A stretch of 64,000 nt of DNA from Lama guanicoe (taxonomy: Eukaryota), in assembly GCA_013239625.1 (NCBI GenBank), contig MU053934.1:2684399-2748398 (forward strand), read 5' to 3'. The position numbers were made by a program, and so were the translations under genes. Each line of letters begins with the position of its first letter. Position 1 is the first letter of the stretch. Below, in pieces: positions 47,601 to 60,439 of the stretch. The notes beneath the pieces were generated by a model, which worked only from the letters and a program-made list of their open reading frames with translations, was not told where the DNA came from and ran no database searches.

Positions 47601-50408
47601 GATTTTTAAAGCCCAGGGTTGTTATGCACTTTAAAATGTAAAATATGAAACTTATGTCTGTGAACAAAGGGAGACAAGTGAGCTTTGATGTAGGGGAGCG
47701 GTTGGACTCAGGAATTTGAGGCTATACTTTCCTCTGGGTCCAACCCCTCTTGTAAAATGGAGAACGTTATTACATCCCACACACTGAATGAAAGCGAGCA
47801 TCCAGGACACTGCCCGTCCCACAGGGAGGTCCGTATCAGTTCCGGGGAGGCCCCTCTGCTCTGCCGTCAGGAATCCCAGAATGAAATCACTGCCATCTTC
47901 CTGACCTGGACACGTCGCCTCAGCCCTGAGCCTGTTTCCTCACCTTTAAAAATGCACTAGTGAAACCCACCTCAGGGGGTTGTCCTGAGGCTAAAAAAGA
48001 AAGTCTGTAAGTGCCTGGCACACAGTAGGTGCTCAACAGTGAGGAATGGATGAATGAGAAGAGATTTAGTCGGACAGATTTGGTTTATCACCACTATCAT
48101 AGGTTTGCCAGATGCATGCACTCTTGTTCTCACTCCTGTGGCCCCCTTGGGATGGCTTCCTGCTGAAAAGGACTCTCAGCCAAGATGTTTGCCCCTGGGA
48201 TTTGCCATCGCATGCCTTTGAGTTACCTGGAACTTCTCTCAGCTGCTCGGTATCTTACTGTGGCTGCCAGGCTTGTGCAGAGCAATGAACATGAACACAC
48301 CTCTATGAATTGCTATGAATGCTTCAGTCTTGAATCCGGAGTGAAATGATGCAAGTTGTCTGGAATTTTCTTTCCTCGGCAATCAGTCCTGGTGTGATGG
48401 TTAAGACCTGTCTCCTGCATTTCCCTTACCTACTCTTGCTCTCTGGAGGCATCATGCAAGTCTGTCTCAGACACCCCAGGCCTCGGTGAGTCAGAAAGCC
48501 TCTGCCTGGTCTTCCTGCCTTCCCCTCCAGACTATCTGTTCACTGTGACCCCATTAGTCCCTTAAAGGACTTCTTGAGTGAGTCACCCTCCTGAGGCAGC
48601 TCCACGGAGCTGAAACACTAGGATACCTCTGGAGGTAGCTGCTGGGGCCTCAGTTTCCTCATCTGCTGGGGAATAATTGAGGGGTTGGGGGGAGGTTAAT
48701 AATAGTGCCTACCTCTGTACCATGCCTGCTGTCTCCCTTTCCTTGCTGTTACTGTGTGTGATTTTGGGTAGCACCATTGTAAGAGCATTTTGGATCTTCC
48801 CAGAGAGGTGGTAAACACCATACAGTGAAATCTACCTGCCTCACTGCATCCCCAGGGCCTTCCACACAGTCTTGATGATGAAACGACAGCTGCGTGACTG
48901 AGAGTCGCGGGGTTTTAGGTGATCAGAGAGTTTGGGAGCCATGAGGGCCCTCGACAAACTAATTTAACCCCTCCCTGAGCAGCTATAACAGAGCTGCCAT
49001 TTGCTCAGCACATACTGAAGGCTGGCCTCATTCGAAGTGCTTTAAAGATTAATTAATTTCATATTCATGTTCATGTTTGATATTCACAATAATCCCTGTG
49101 AGGCTTGTCTCATCCTTGTTTGATGAACGGGGAAGCAGAGGCCCAAATGAGGTGAATCCAAATGCCCAAGGTCACAAAGGCTAGTGAATGACAGAGCTGG
49201 GAATTGAACACAGGCAGACTATCAACCCCCGGCCCCTACAGGGACCTCTTCTGCCTCTGACTCCTTTCACACTTCCTCCCAGCTTAGAGGGTAAATATTT
49301 ATTGAGTTCCTTGCAGTTAATAGCTCTCGCTGATTGAGCATTATATATGCCAGGCGTGTGCTAAACACGTCCTCTTTCTTGTTGGAGGCAACGACTCTGG
49401 GAAGGGGAAACTATCCTTACTTCAGTGTCACAGGTGAGGAAACTGAGGCCCACGGGGTGACCGAGCTCATGCCACAAACCAGCTAGAATCAGAACCAGCC
49501 TCAGGTCTCCTGCTCTTGGGACTGGTGTTTTTTTCCATTGCTTGATGCAGTCTTTCCAGTTTCATCAATAAGCTTTTCTCGAGTGCCTACCCTAGGCCAG
49601 TCACTGTGCTGGTTGCTGGGGCCACAAAGGGATAGAGACCCCGGCAGCCCTGGCCGATTGTGGCCTTATGGGAATACTGGCCCAGTGCTGCAGGACCCTG
49701 CGTTTTGTAGAGGAGCTAGGAATCTGGATTTTTTTTTTCCTGTGAATTCCCCCGACTCTCAAATGTTGGCAATGAACTTAAATTTAAAACACTGCAGTTT
49801 GCAGTTGAACACCTCTGTTGACCCTGGAGCTTGGTTCACCCTGGGGCTTGCCTGCTTGTGACATTTAGTCAAGAAAGAGACAAATGTGTGCACAAATCCT
49901 ATGACATGAGTGGATACAGGACCCCCGAGGAGCACCCCTAACCCTGGAGAGGTGGAGGGGAGTTAGGAAGGATATTCTGGAAAGAGAGCCTGGAAGAATG
50001 GGTAGGAATTGATGAGGTGGACACAGGGGAAAGGAATTCCTGAGCAGATGGAACATCACGTACGCAGGCATGGAGCTGAGCATTTGGAGAATGGCAGGTG
50101 ACACTCTGCTTAGGTGTGAATGGAAGATGCTAAGAGATAGGTCTGACCCAGGCATTTGCTTGAAGCCAAACATACAGTAGAATGGCAAAAGAAAGTGAGG
50201 TAAGGCCCAGCATAGAACCTTCTTTGAGGAATTCATTCAGCAAATATTCTATGAGCACTGCTTCCTAAGCACCAGGCACAGAACCATCCTGGTGGCTGTT
50301 CTCAGTGCGCATCTGGCCCAGTGGGGAGGCAGATAATCAAGCAGTGATTACCTGTGACTGCTCATGGTACTTGTCAAGTAGGAAAGGACTAGTTGCATTA
50401 AGAAAAAA

Positions 50409-50585
50409 TATTCTACACTGTGGTCCCTGCATCAGCAGGATCAGCATCTCAGTGACTTGTTAGAAATGCATGCTCCCAGGCCCTGCCCCAGACCATCTGG
50501 ACCCTGGGGGTGGGACCCAGGCTCTGGGGTTTCATGAGCCTTTCTGGTGATTTTTGATGCATGCTTGTGTTTGGGGAACCACTAC
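50409..50585. mobile_element. MER5A-like hAT-Charlie element
   Basis: tgtggtccc..cagcaggatcagcatc..cttgttagaaatgca..ggccctgccccagacc..gaaccact. Confidence 0.75.
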
Positions 50586-50599
50586 TCTTAGGTTACCCC

Positions 50600-51080
50600 A
50601 GGACCCACTGTCACCCACTTTCTCTGGTTGCTTTACTGTTTCTCAAATTCCCCAAGACCCTTCCTGCCCCAGGGCCTTTGCACTGACTCTTCTCACCTTG
50701 GCTGCATGACTCTCTCTCTTTCATGACCTTCAACTCTTTGTTCAAATGTCATGTTCTTGGAGAGGTCCTCCCAAGCACCCAGTTGAAGGAATCGCCCCCA
50801 ATCTGTCAGACTCAATCTCCTTAGTCTTACCTTACTTTTTTCAGAGCACTTACCACTACCTGATATTATTTTTCCATTTTTACTTGTTTGTTTGTATAGT
50901 ATCTGCTCCCTCCACTAGAAGGTAAGCTTCATGAGAACAGGGACTTGGTCTCTTTTGTCCTCCTAGCATCTGGGACAGTGCCCAGTGTGGTGAGATACTC
51001 AGGAAATATTTTTGAATGAACTGATGAATCTCATAGATGGTTTACCCTTCTGGTCATTCATTCATTCATTCATTCAATAA
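50600..51080 (+). mobile_element. L2 fragment plus adjacent (TCAT)n
   Basis: cagggcctttgcact, ccactagaaggtaagcttcatgagaacagggac, tgaatgaa; (tcat)n at 51054-51075. Confidence 0.7.
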
Positions 51081-51819
51081 GCATGGATTCCGGAGCACCA
51101 ATTCCTGCGCAGGTAATGGACTTATTGTTGGAAGGGATACTATGGCCATTTGAACAGGGGCAGCCTGATGCCTGGGTCCCCCCAACCCCACCTCCACCTG
51201 CCCCGCATCACACGGCCAGACCCAGACCTGTGGACCCTCCAGAACCTCCAGACCTGTGGGCTCCATGGAGAAGGAGGCGTTAACAGTGCTGCTTCTCAAA
51301 GCCACGTTCTGGGCTGTTTGGGCTGATTTGGAAGCGAGGGCTTTGGGTGAGAAGGAGGCGGATAGGCAGCTACTGACAAGTTGTTCCCAGGGAATGTTCA
51401 ATCATCCTGGGGTTGAATGCTTCCCGACAGCCCTGACAAGCTGCGTGTGTCTGAGCCACGGCTCAGTACCAGGAACAGCCGCTATATTCCACGCACGGTG
51501 CCTGGGCCGATCAATCGTGCCCGCTGCAGGGCGCGAGTCCCTCCGCCGTGGTTCCAGGGGGTTCTGCTCCGCCTGGGCTGCTCCTCAGAGCCCCACGCTT
51601 GTAGAGTGTATTAGCAGGATTGTTGGATGCAAAACAATCCCTTTGGGTACATAAGAGGCTTTAGGAGAAATTAGTGGGGAAAGGCCGCTGGAGAGTTATC
51701 TGGCATGAATCCTCACGAATACCTTTCATACATTAAAGCAGATTTGCTGTAATGCCCTCATGTCAGAGGGCAATGCAAAAGAGGGCTGATAGATTTGTAG
51801 GAATTTCATGTATTTAGAT

Positions 51820-52032
51820 CGGGGTTTCTCCACCTTGGCACTATTGACGTTTTGGATTGGCTGATTTGCCGTTGTAGGGGGCTGTCCTGTGCATTATAGG
51901 ATGTTTGGCAGCGTCTCTGACCTCTGCCCAGTAGAGGCCAGAATCATCTCCCTCTTTGTGGCAACCCAGAATGCCTCCAGATATTGCCAAGTGTCCCCAG
52001 GGGGCAAAATTATCCTTGAATGAGGACCACTG
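51820..52032. mobile_element. MER20 DNA transposon, near full length
   Basis: gggtttctccaccttggcactattgac...ggggctgtcctgtgcattataggatgttt...ccagatattgccaagtgtcccc...gaggaccactg. Confidence 0.85.
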
Positions 52033-52559
52033 ATGTATGAACTCAACATGTAGGGAATATTGATTTTAAAATTGAAATCTACAAGGACCAGAACTCAGAC
52101 CATCTAGGGGTGAATCCTGCTTTGCCTCTTAAGTTGTGTTTCCTCACTCCTGTACCTGTGGGTGCCATGAGGATCAGTGGAGTCAACACACCACGAGGAA
52201 GGAGTCTAGACCTGTGCCTGACAGGCTGTCAGACTCAGGAAACAACTCTTATTAACAGCCATTGGGATGCTGATAAATCCCCCTAGGGTGATCTATAATG
52301 CAGTGGTGGTGGCTGTTTTACAATTTCCTATAATGCACTCTATCTCATCTGCCTTCTGGTACACTGCCTTCTCATGGTAATGACCTTTGCTGTTCGGCTT
52401 TCCACTGTTCACGTGGGCCTGGTTGTTTACGCCTCTGCTGATGCAGTGTTTGGCGGTGGCCATCTCGATAAAGGGCAGAGGAAATGTGACTGACTCACCT
52501 TCTGTGCGCCCGGAATGCAAAGTGGAACCCTGAGCAGTGGCCTGGGAATTGCACAGAGG

Positions 52560-52594
52560 CTGCAATATCCTGATTCCGTCAGCAGGGGGCAGCA
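52560..52594 (+). promoter_or_regulatory. Candidate CTCF site with upstream module
   Basis: CTGCAATATC, a 6-nt spacer, then core CCGTCAGCAGGGGGCAGCA. Confidence 0.6.
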
Positions 52595-53229
52595 GCAGCT
52601 GGGAAAATGCCTGCTGCGGCAGGAGGGAGCCAAGGGCTGCCTTCGCTGTTTTGATTTACTTCGCTGCTGTGTATGTTTAAAGCTGAGCAAATCATCCCCG
52701 TAGAACCACCGAGGTTTCCTTTAGCAGCCCATGTAGCTCCTCTGCAGGAGCCCAGAGTTGCTTTTCTAGAACATTCTACGTTTAGTTTGTCCATTTCCGG
52801 ATAGCTCAGTCTGAACCTAGGCCAAGTTGTGCTAGGGCACAGTTAAACTGGTTCCTGTTGCTCTAAGTGTCTTTCCCCTTTTGCTCACCACCCCCCATCC
52901 TGCCCCTTATCCGAGTAACACAGTGCCCTTCTCAGCACCCCAAGCAACTGCACCCCATGCACAGGCCCGATCTTATCTCGTTCCCCTCCCCTCCTCAGAG
53001 AAACTCAGCAGTCCAGCGTCTCATTCTCACACAATTTCGCTGAATCAACTCTTGACCCGCTCCACTGCATTTTCCACCCGGCAGCCAAGGTCATCTTTAA
53101 AATGTTAAATTTTGAATAGACAGTCTCTTTCTAAGTTTAAAATGTAAAAGACAGAAAAGAGTACACAGAAAACATTTCCTCCCGCCCTTGACCACAGGTC
53201 TGCTATCCCCATCCCCATGGGCTACCATT

Positions 53230-53883
53230 TTTTTTTTTGAAGTATAGTTGATTTACAGTGCTGTGTTAGTTTCTGGTGTACAGCATAGTGATTCAGTTAT
53301 ATATATATATATATATATTCTTTTCCATTATAGGTTATTACAAGCTATTGAATATAGTTTCCTGTGCTGTACAGTAGGACCTTGTTGTTTATCTAGTTTA
53401 TTTATAGTAGTTTGTATCTGCTAATCCCAAACTTCCAATTTATCCCTTCCCCGCCTTTCCCCTTTGGTAACCATAAGTTTGTTTTCTATGTCTGCGAGTC
53501 TCTTTCCGTTTTGCAAATAAGTTAAACTGTGTCATTTTTTAGATTCCATATATAGGTGATGGTATGATATTTGTCTTTCTCTATCTGACTGACTTCACTT
53601 AGTATGATCATCTCTAGGTCCATCCATGTTGCTGCAAATGGCATTATTTCATTCTTTTTTATGGCCGAGTAGTATTCCGTTGTGTATATGTCACATCTTC
53701 TTTATCCAGTCATCTGTCGATGGATGTTTAGGTTGTTTCCACGTCTTGGCTTTTGTAAATAGTGCTGCTATGAACAGTGGGGTGCATGTATCTTTTCGAA
53801 TTAGAGTTTTCTTTGGATATATGCCCAAGAGTGGGATTGCTGGATCACAGGAGTTTTTTAAGGAATCTCCATACTGTTCGGGA
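53230..53883 (-). mobile_element. Lineage-specific L1 3' fragment with TSD, inserted in older L1M sequence
   Basis: T-run, L1 3' UTR and ORF2 end (DPAIPLLGIYPK, FIAALFT); gctaccatt at 53221-53229 and 53884-53892. Confidence 0.88.
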
Positions 53884-54944
53884 GCTACCATTCTTAATAG
53901 TTCCTTGTATACACTTTCAGAGTTATTTTATATGCAATGCAGCAAATACGCATGAACACTTTCTTACCCTTTCTCCCCCCCTTTCCCCCACAAATAGAAG
54001 CTGTAACACACACTCTTCTGCACTTCTCTTTCTTCCGTCTAACAATATACTTTGGAGAGATTCCATGTCAGCTCCCACAGTGCCCCTTGTTCTCTCTCTC
54101 TCTCTCTTTTTTAATGGCTGTGTCCTCTTCAGTTGCAAAGAGTGGTCTTCTAAATCTTGTCATATTGCCACTGTAACCTCCTCAAAGTCTTCCAACTGCC
54201 CTGGGAGATCAAGTCTGCTTGCCCCAAAGAGCTGTCAAGCCTGGTGAGCAGGTCACTGCCTGTCTCCAGTTTCATCTCACTTTCTGCGCCCTGGGCAGCC
54301 TGGCTTTCTCCATCCTCAAACTTGACCTGCTTCTCCTGCCCCAGGGCCTTTGCCCCTGCTGCCCCTTCCTAATCTTGTTTACTCGTAAGTGCTTTTCTCA
54401 GCTCAAACATCACTTGCTCTGAGTGCCCTGTACATTCCATAACAGCAGTGACCGTCAGTCACTGTAGCACGATGATTAAGTCCTAGGCTCTAAGGCCACA
54501 CTCCTGTGGTTCAGATCCCCAGCTCAGCCACTCTGTAGCTGGGTGTCCTTGGGCAGTTGTCACACCTGTCTGCCAGGTGGAATGGGAACAATAGATACTT
54601 TGTCCTGGGCTTCTGTGGTGAGGACTCAACGACTGGATGAACAGGCAAGAGCTTGGCCTGCATGACCATGGGGATTGGAGTACATCTCTTTCACCAGCTT
54701 CGTGCAAACCCCGAGGACAGGGGCTGTATCCTTTTTTAGCAGGCGTCAGAACCCAATGCCTGGTGTAGAGTAGGAATTCTAGAAATATGGGTCAAACACA
54801 CTAGGCATATTTACACATTATTAGGAATCTCTGGAGGAGTCATTGTCTTAACCTACTCGTTTTTAAACCGTGGCTCTTGTGATGCTCATTAATAAGAACA
54901 GTCAACAGTAGTTGACTCTGGCGTCAGGCTCATCCTTAGATTAT

Positions 54945-55095
54945 TTCCTCTCATCCTCACAACAATCTTGACAGGTAGGTAGCATCGTTCTCCCTATTTT
55001 CCAGGTGAGGAAACTGAGGCACAGAGAGGTTAAGCAACTTGCTAGAGGTGACACATGAGCAGAGATAGGAGTCAAACCCAGGAAGCCTTCTAGGA
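54945..55095. mobile_element. MIR SINE (representative; similar copies near 4540-4760, 9680-10130, 33760-33940, 43960-44160, 44820-45050, 63840-64000)
   Basis: MIR core ttttccaggtgaggaaactgaggcacagagaggttaagcaacttgc. Confidence 0.8.
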
Positions 55096-58000
55096 AATAA
55101 TAAATGTTTGAAAAACATTGTCTTAACTCAGAGACGGTTGTCTCTGTGTCTGAGAGTGGGCTGTGCACAGGAGCACCTTTTCATCCATCTCTGCCTGTTT
55201 CAATTCTAGGCAGGTTTCGAGACTCGTCTCTGATACCCCCTCCTTCCTCCAACCCAGCAGCCCATGTCCTGTCTACTTCTGGACCCTTGGCGAGGAGAGG
55301 TGGCCAGTCTCTCCGCCTGGGCTCAGGCCCCCTGCTGTCCCCTCCGGGCCCTGCCCCAGTAGTTATTCCTGGGCCTTCCATTTCCTCCGCCCTCTTGCCC
55401 CCACCCCCTACACTGCCCAAATTGTTCCCAGTGCTGAGTTGGCAGGGCCGGCCCCTCCTCTCTCCTGGCCCTCTCTCTGTCTTGCTCAGTGACACCCCTT
55501 CTCCTGGTTCTCCATCTGCCCCCCGACCATCTTTCTCCAGTGCATCGGAGATGCTCCCTGCAGTGAAGTAACGACCCTCAGGGCGGTCAGCCTTCCCTCC
55601 AGGCACTCCACGCTGAGTGCACGCAGGCTTCCGCTTAACTCCCTCCACAGGCCACTTGACGAGGCTGGATCTGAAATAATCCAATTCCTTGCCCCTTCAC
55701 TCTCAACACTACCTTTTGCCTCAGACATGCTTTGCAAACTGTAAAGTGCCGGACAAAGTTAAGGGCTGTCACTCTTAACTGTGATTGGCTCCCTTCTGAG
55801 GTCGGTTCCCAGCCTCCTGCTCCAAGTATTCTTGGGGCATGTCGTCAGCACCCGATCGTGGCATCTGTGTGTTGGCATCTGGCAGCCTTCAAACAGGCTG
55901 GGAATACCCAACAGCCGTTCAGAACGCTGAGTCGAGGGCCCTTTTCCAGATGGAACCATGGAGATGAGCACAGGCTTGCGCGCGTGTCGCCTCCAGGCCC
56001 ACCCGCCAAGTCGGTTGCTGTAAACAGGTGTGAACGCCTGGAGACGCAGGCATGTTTCGCTTCAGAAAAGGGAGCTGGTGGGACCCAAGCCACCCTCTGG
56101 ACTTATCACAGTGTGGCGGGGCTATGTGCCCGATGGTGCCAGAGGCCCAGATAGATGGACTTTTAAGTCACCAGATCTGGGTTCTGAGTCTGACTCTCAA
56201 CAAAACGATGGCTCTGGTCCACCCTCTCAGTGAGATGACCCTCAGTTTCCCCACAGAGGGTTCTAACATCTTGCTTGTTGGGGAACATCTTAAAGATCTC
56301 ATGAGGAAAAAGTGAAACAGTTTTGGGACGTGTGCAGTGAAGACTAGATACCATGTCATGTGATGTCATCCCTCAAAGGGCTGGCACGTCACCACTGTCA
56401 TAGCTCTATCCTGTTCTCTCAAAGTTTAACAGCTGGCACGTCCATTTTCCAGAGGTGGAAACAGAGGCTCAGTCAGATGACTTGAAAGATGCTCCCGACA
56501 CCGCATGGCTAGTGAGAAGGGAGAGTGGAATTAGAATTCATAACCGCTCTCTCCAAATCCAGCTCCACTGCTTACTCTCTGGGGGACCTTGGGAGGCCTC
56601 ATGAGCTCAGATAAGCCTCTGTTTCATCATCCGTAGAATGGGACCAAGGACCTACCTCAGAGAGCTGTGAGGATTAAATGGGATAATGCACATAAAACAC
56701 TTGATATAGCCAGAGTAAACACCCAGCAAATACTGGCGGTTATCACCACTCTAGGACATGCTGTGACTAATGAATCAATGAATGAGTGAATGAATGACTT
56801 AAATATACTTCTGCCATCTGCTGGGGCATAGAAAGCTTTCCTTATAAGAAACCCAAGAAATGAAAGCAATTTCCTTTAAATGGAAATAAAGCACCATAGA
56901 TTGAAGCAGTTTATGGTGGCAGAAGAATTGGCCCTCACTTCCTCTGTGTCATTCACATTCTCAAAGGCTATCTCCCAAAGCAGAGAAAGGGCCGGCCCCC
57001 CAGCGCAGACCATCTGCGACCATCTCCCTGGCAATGCTGACAAGGTGGCGTTTTGTGATGAGGATGCAAGAAATCTTCCAATAACTGACCCTCGGCTCCA
57101 GCAAAAAGCTTTGAATTTTGCAAAACTGCTGGGGCGTAGCAATTTCTCATCTGGCGCTGGCTCACCCGGCAAGTTTCCCAGCCATCCCAGACTGGTCTCT
57201 GAAGCACTCAGCCGAACTAATTGCCCTCTGCTCATTTCTTGAGAGTTAACAGATGTGAGCATTGGAGGAGAGGGTGACAAGTGGCCTGGGACATGGAGGA
57301 GCTGGAGTAGTAGAGGAGGGGGCCGGCTTCTGGCTGGAGCACAGCCAAGTCTGCACCACGGGCCCCGCGGTGAATATAGAAAACGTTAGGATGTTCAAGG
57401 GCCACCACCATCAGAGGAATTTCCACTCTGGTCCCTCGGCAGCTGCTTCCCTGCTGCATCCTGCTCTCAGTTGCAGACACCTAGCTACTTTTTCATTTGT
57501 GTCCCTAAATATGGGATGCACATCAGTGCTGATGTGGGCAGAGGAGGGTAGTAAGTCCAAGCTTGGGCTCTGGGGTCAGATAAACCAGGGATCAGCCCGA
57601 CTCCAGCAATGTCTTGTTTTGCGGTTCGCCTGGTAGCAGACCGTGACCAAGGACTTGAGCACAATGTTTTCCTGTGAGCTGATTCCTGGAGGTACCACTC
57701 AGAGGGGTGGGGGGAATATGAGAGGGAGGGGAGAGGAACCCGAAGGGCACCCCACTAAGCTAACTGCCACTGTGGGCAGCTCAGCCCCGCTGGGGACTCC
57801 GGGAGACTGTGTGGAGCCTGGCTGGAGTCACTCCAGCTCAGCTGAGGAAGCTGGCGAGTTCCTACCCGACCCACCATCCGGCACCGGTCAAGGGCTGCGC
57901 AGCTGTCACCCTCGGCACATCCGCCCTGCCCTGTGCGGGGGCTGGTGTCCACAGCCGGGAACAACAACCCGGGACAGCGCGTCTTGGGTCTTCAGGGTGA

Positions 58001-58308
58001 GGGGTGGGGGCACCGCTGTAACTGTGTGACCACACTCCCCAGCGGTCATTTACCCCGTCTCTGCCTCAGTCTCCTGATCTGTTAAAAAGGGATAATACTG
58101 ACCACTCGGGATTGGCGCCAGCCTTCGGGGACGGGAGGTGCAACCCACGCAGCAGGGCGAGTGCTCAGCAGAGTTGCCACTATTACTGTAGTTCGTCCCC
58201 TGTGTTTCTGGGAAGGCCCTTCTCCTTTTTCTTAACCAAAGAACTCCTATCTGCCCTTCGAATGCCCAGCTCAGATGTCACATCTTCTATGACACCTACT
58301 TTTCTATA

Positions 58309-58724
58309 CCTATTAGTGTCCCAGGGCTGCCATAACAAACGACCACAAATTTAGCAACTTCATATGACAGGAATTTATTCTCTCATAGTCCCGGAGGCCA
58401 ACAGTCTGACGTCTAGGTGTCAGCAGGGCCGTGACCCCTCCAAAGGCTCCAGGAGAGAATCCTTCCTTCCTTTTTCAGCTTCTGGTGGATGCTGGCATCC
58501 TTGGCTGCATGCCTGCCTCTGCTGCCTTCATCTACACGTGAGCCTCTTCCCTGTGTATCTTCTCCTTTTCTGTCTCTTATAATGACACCTGTCATGGGGT
58601 TTAGAGCCCACACTAACCCAAGAAGATCTCATCTCGAGATCCTTAACTTAATGGCATCTGCAAAGACCTTTAATCCAAATAAGGTCACATTCAGAGGTTG
58701 CAAGTGGACATTCAACCCACTATG
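58309..58724 (-). mobile_element. MLT1B/C-type LTR, followed by an older MLT1-type LTR (~58750-59230)
   Basis: agggctgccataacaaacgaccaca, gtgtcagcagggcc, catctgcaaagacc..ccaaataaggtcacattc. Confidence 0.8.
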
Positions 58725-60439
58725 CTACATTTTGTCAATTTTCTTTAATTATGGTTGCATTGGTTCGAATGACATCTGCAGCATGTACTCACCACAGCAA
58801 CTTAACCAAATAGGGGTTTATTTTCCTCCAGTCATGAATACTCTCAAGGCTGGCAGCCTCCAGGCTGGTACGATGGCTTCAAGGAGCCAGCAGGGATAAG
58901 ACTCCTCCTAGCTTTCTGATGGTACCGTCTCCAGCTGGGTCTTGAATCCTCATGGTTCTAAGAAGGCAGCTCCATCCTTGGACCCAAGGCTGCATCCAAG
59001 ACAGGGTGAAGGAGGAACGCAAAGGCCAAAAGATTAAGGGCATCTGCTTCTCCAGAAGCTTCCCTGTAAGCCCCACCCAGGGGTGTGTGTTCACGTCTCC
59101 TAGACCGAGACTGTGTCCCCGGGTCAGGTGAGTACCTTTCTCAGAGTATGTTGCTGTCCTGCGCCAGCCATGGGATTGTGATAGAAAGAAAGAGGTGAGA
59201 ATTAGTGATATGTAGGCAATTAGAATGAGTAGGCAAATTATAATACATAATATAATTTTTATACATTATGTATAAATATAATGTCACCTGTAAAGAATTA
59301 AAATTCACATCACAGCTCTTTCCCCATGTTGTTATGTAGAGTATCCACAACGTCTAGTTTGAAGGACACACCAGAGTGTATTTGTGGATGACCCATAACT
59401 TTTCTCAAACTCGTCCATCCTGGCTTGGTAGCAGCCCCCTTTCTGGACACCAGGGCCTGGCCCCGAGGGAGGGGGGGCCAGGATGTGGGCATTCAGGTGA
59501 GCCCAGCAGAGTGGCATCAGGCGTAGCAGGAGCAGCAGCTGGCGGTGGTGCTGTTAGTAGGAGTCAGCGGTGGGGCCAGGAGGTGGTGAGCGCAGCAAAG
59601 GGACAGCGGAAACCCGCAGGAGGGGCAGTAAATGAACCTGGTGACATCAGCACGTCAGAGCCTTCCTGAGGTGGCATTCTGAACACTGAGTCTGGTCGGG
59701 AGTGAGACTATAAAAAGAACAACCTGGAAACTTCTCTGTCTCTCTAGGATGTGGCACCCTCTTTGGATCCATCCATGTGACATCTGTGCTCAAGAAGTAT
59801 CTGGTGGATGATTGATTCAGTAGGGTAGCAAGCAGCCAGCAGGCAGTTAAGCAGATTTTAATGGCCTGTAAGTAGGCTCAGATCACAGCATCTCAGAGTT
59901 AGAAGAAACACACTGTCTAGGGAAGCTTCCTGCTGATGCATGAGTTCTTTCAGCAAGTTCCCTCATCTCCACTTGCATGCGTCTCATGACAGGATGCTCA
60001 CTGCCTCACAGGACAGCCTGCCTTACTGCCTAGCAGCTTGAAGTGTAGACAGGGCTTCCTGAGGCGCAGTCAAGAGCTGTTGCCTTGGAAATCCCCCCAG
60101 CTGGTCCTGATTTGGTGCCTGCAGAGTCACACAAAATAAGCCCAATTCTTTTCCAGGCTACAGCCCCTGCCTTTAATTATGGAAAGGCTTAACATCCTCC
60201 ATATGTTGATGCTTTGCTTTCTTTTTCACTTATGAATGTTTTTCCTTGTTTTATGTTTATTTCCTCTGCCAAGATGTATAAAGCACCTCCTTTGTGCCAG
60301 GGATTCTGTGAGGTTCTGGGGTCACAAGGGTGAACGAGAGAACCATGATTCCAGTTCTTAGGAAACAGAAAAACCAAATGGGTCAGATAGGTGATGATGA
60401 TGGTGGTGATGACGACGATGATGATTGCGGTGAAATCCA

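Noticed and set aside
57960..57982. REST/NRSE-like GGACAGCGC
   Set aside because: Only the right half matches; the left half (CAACAACC) is degenerate and mis-spaced
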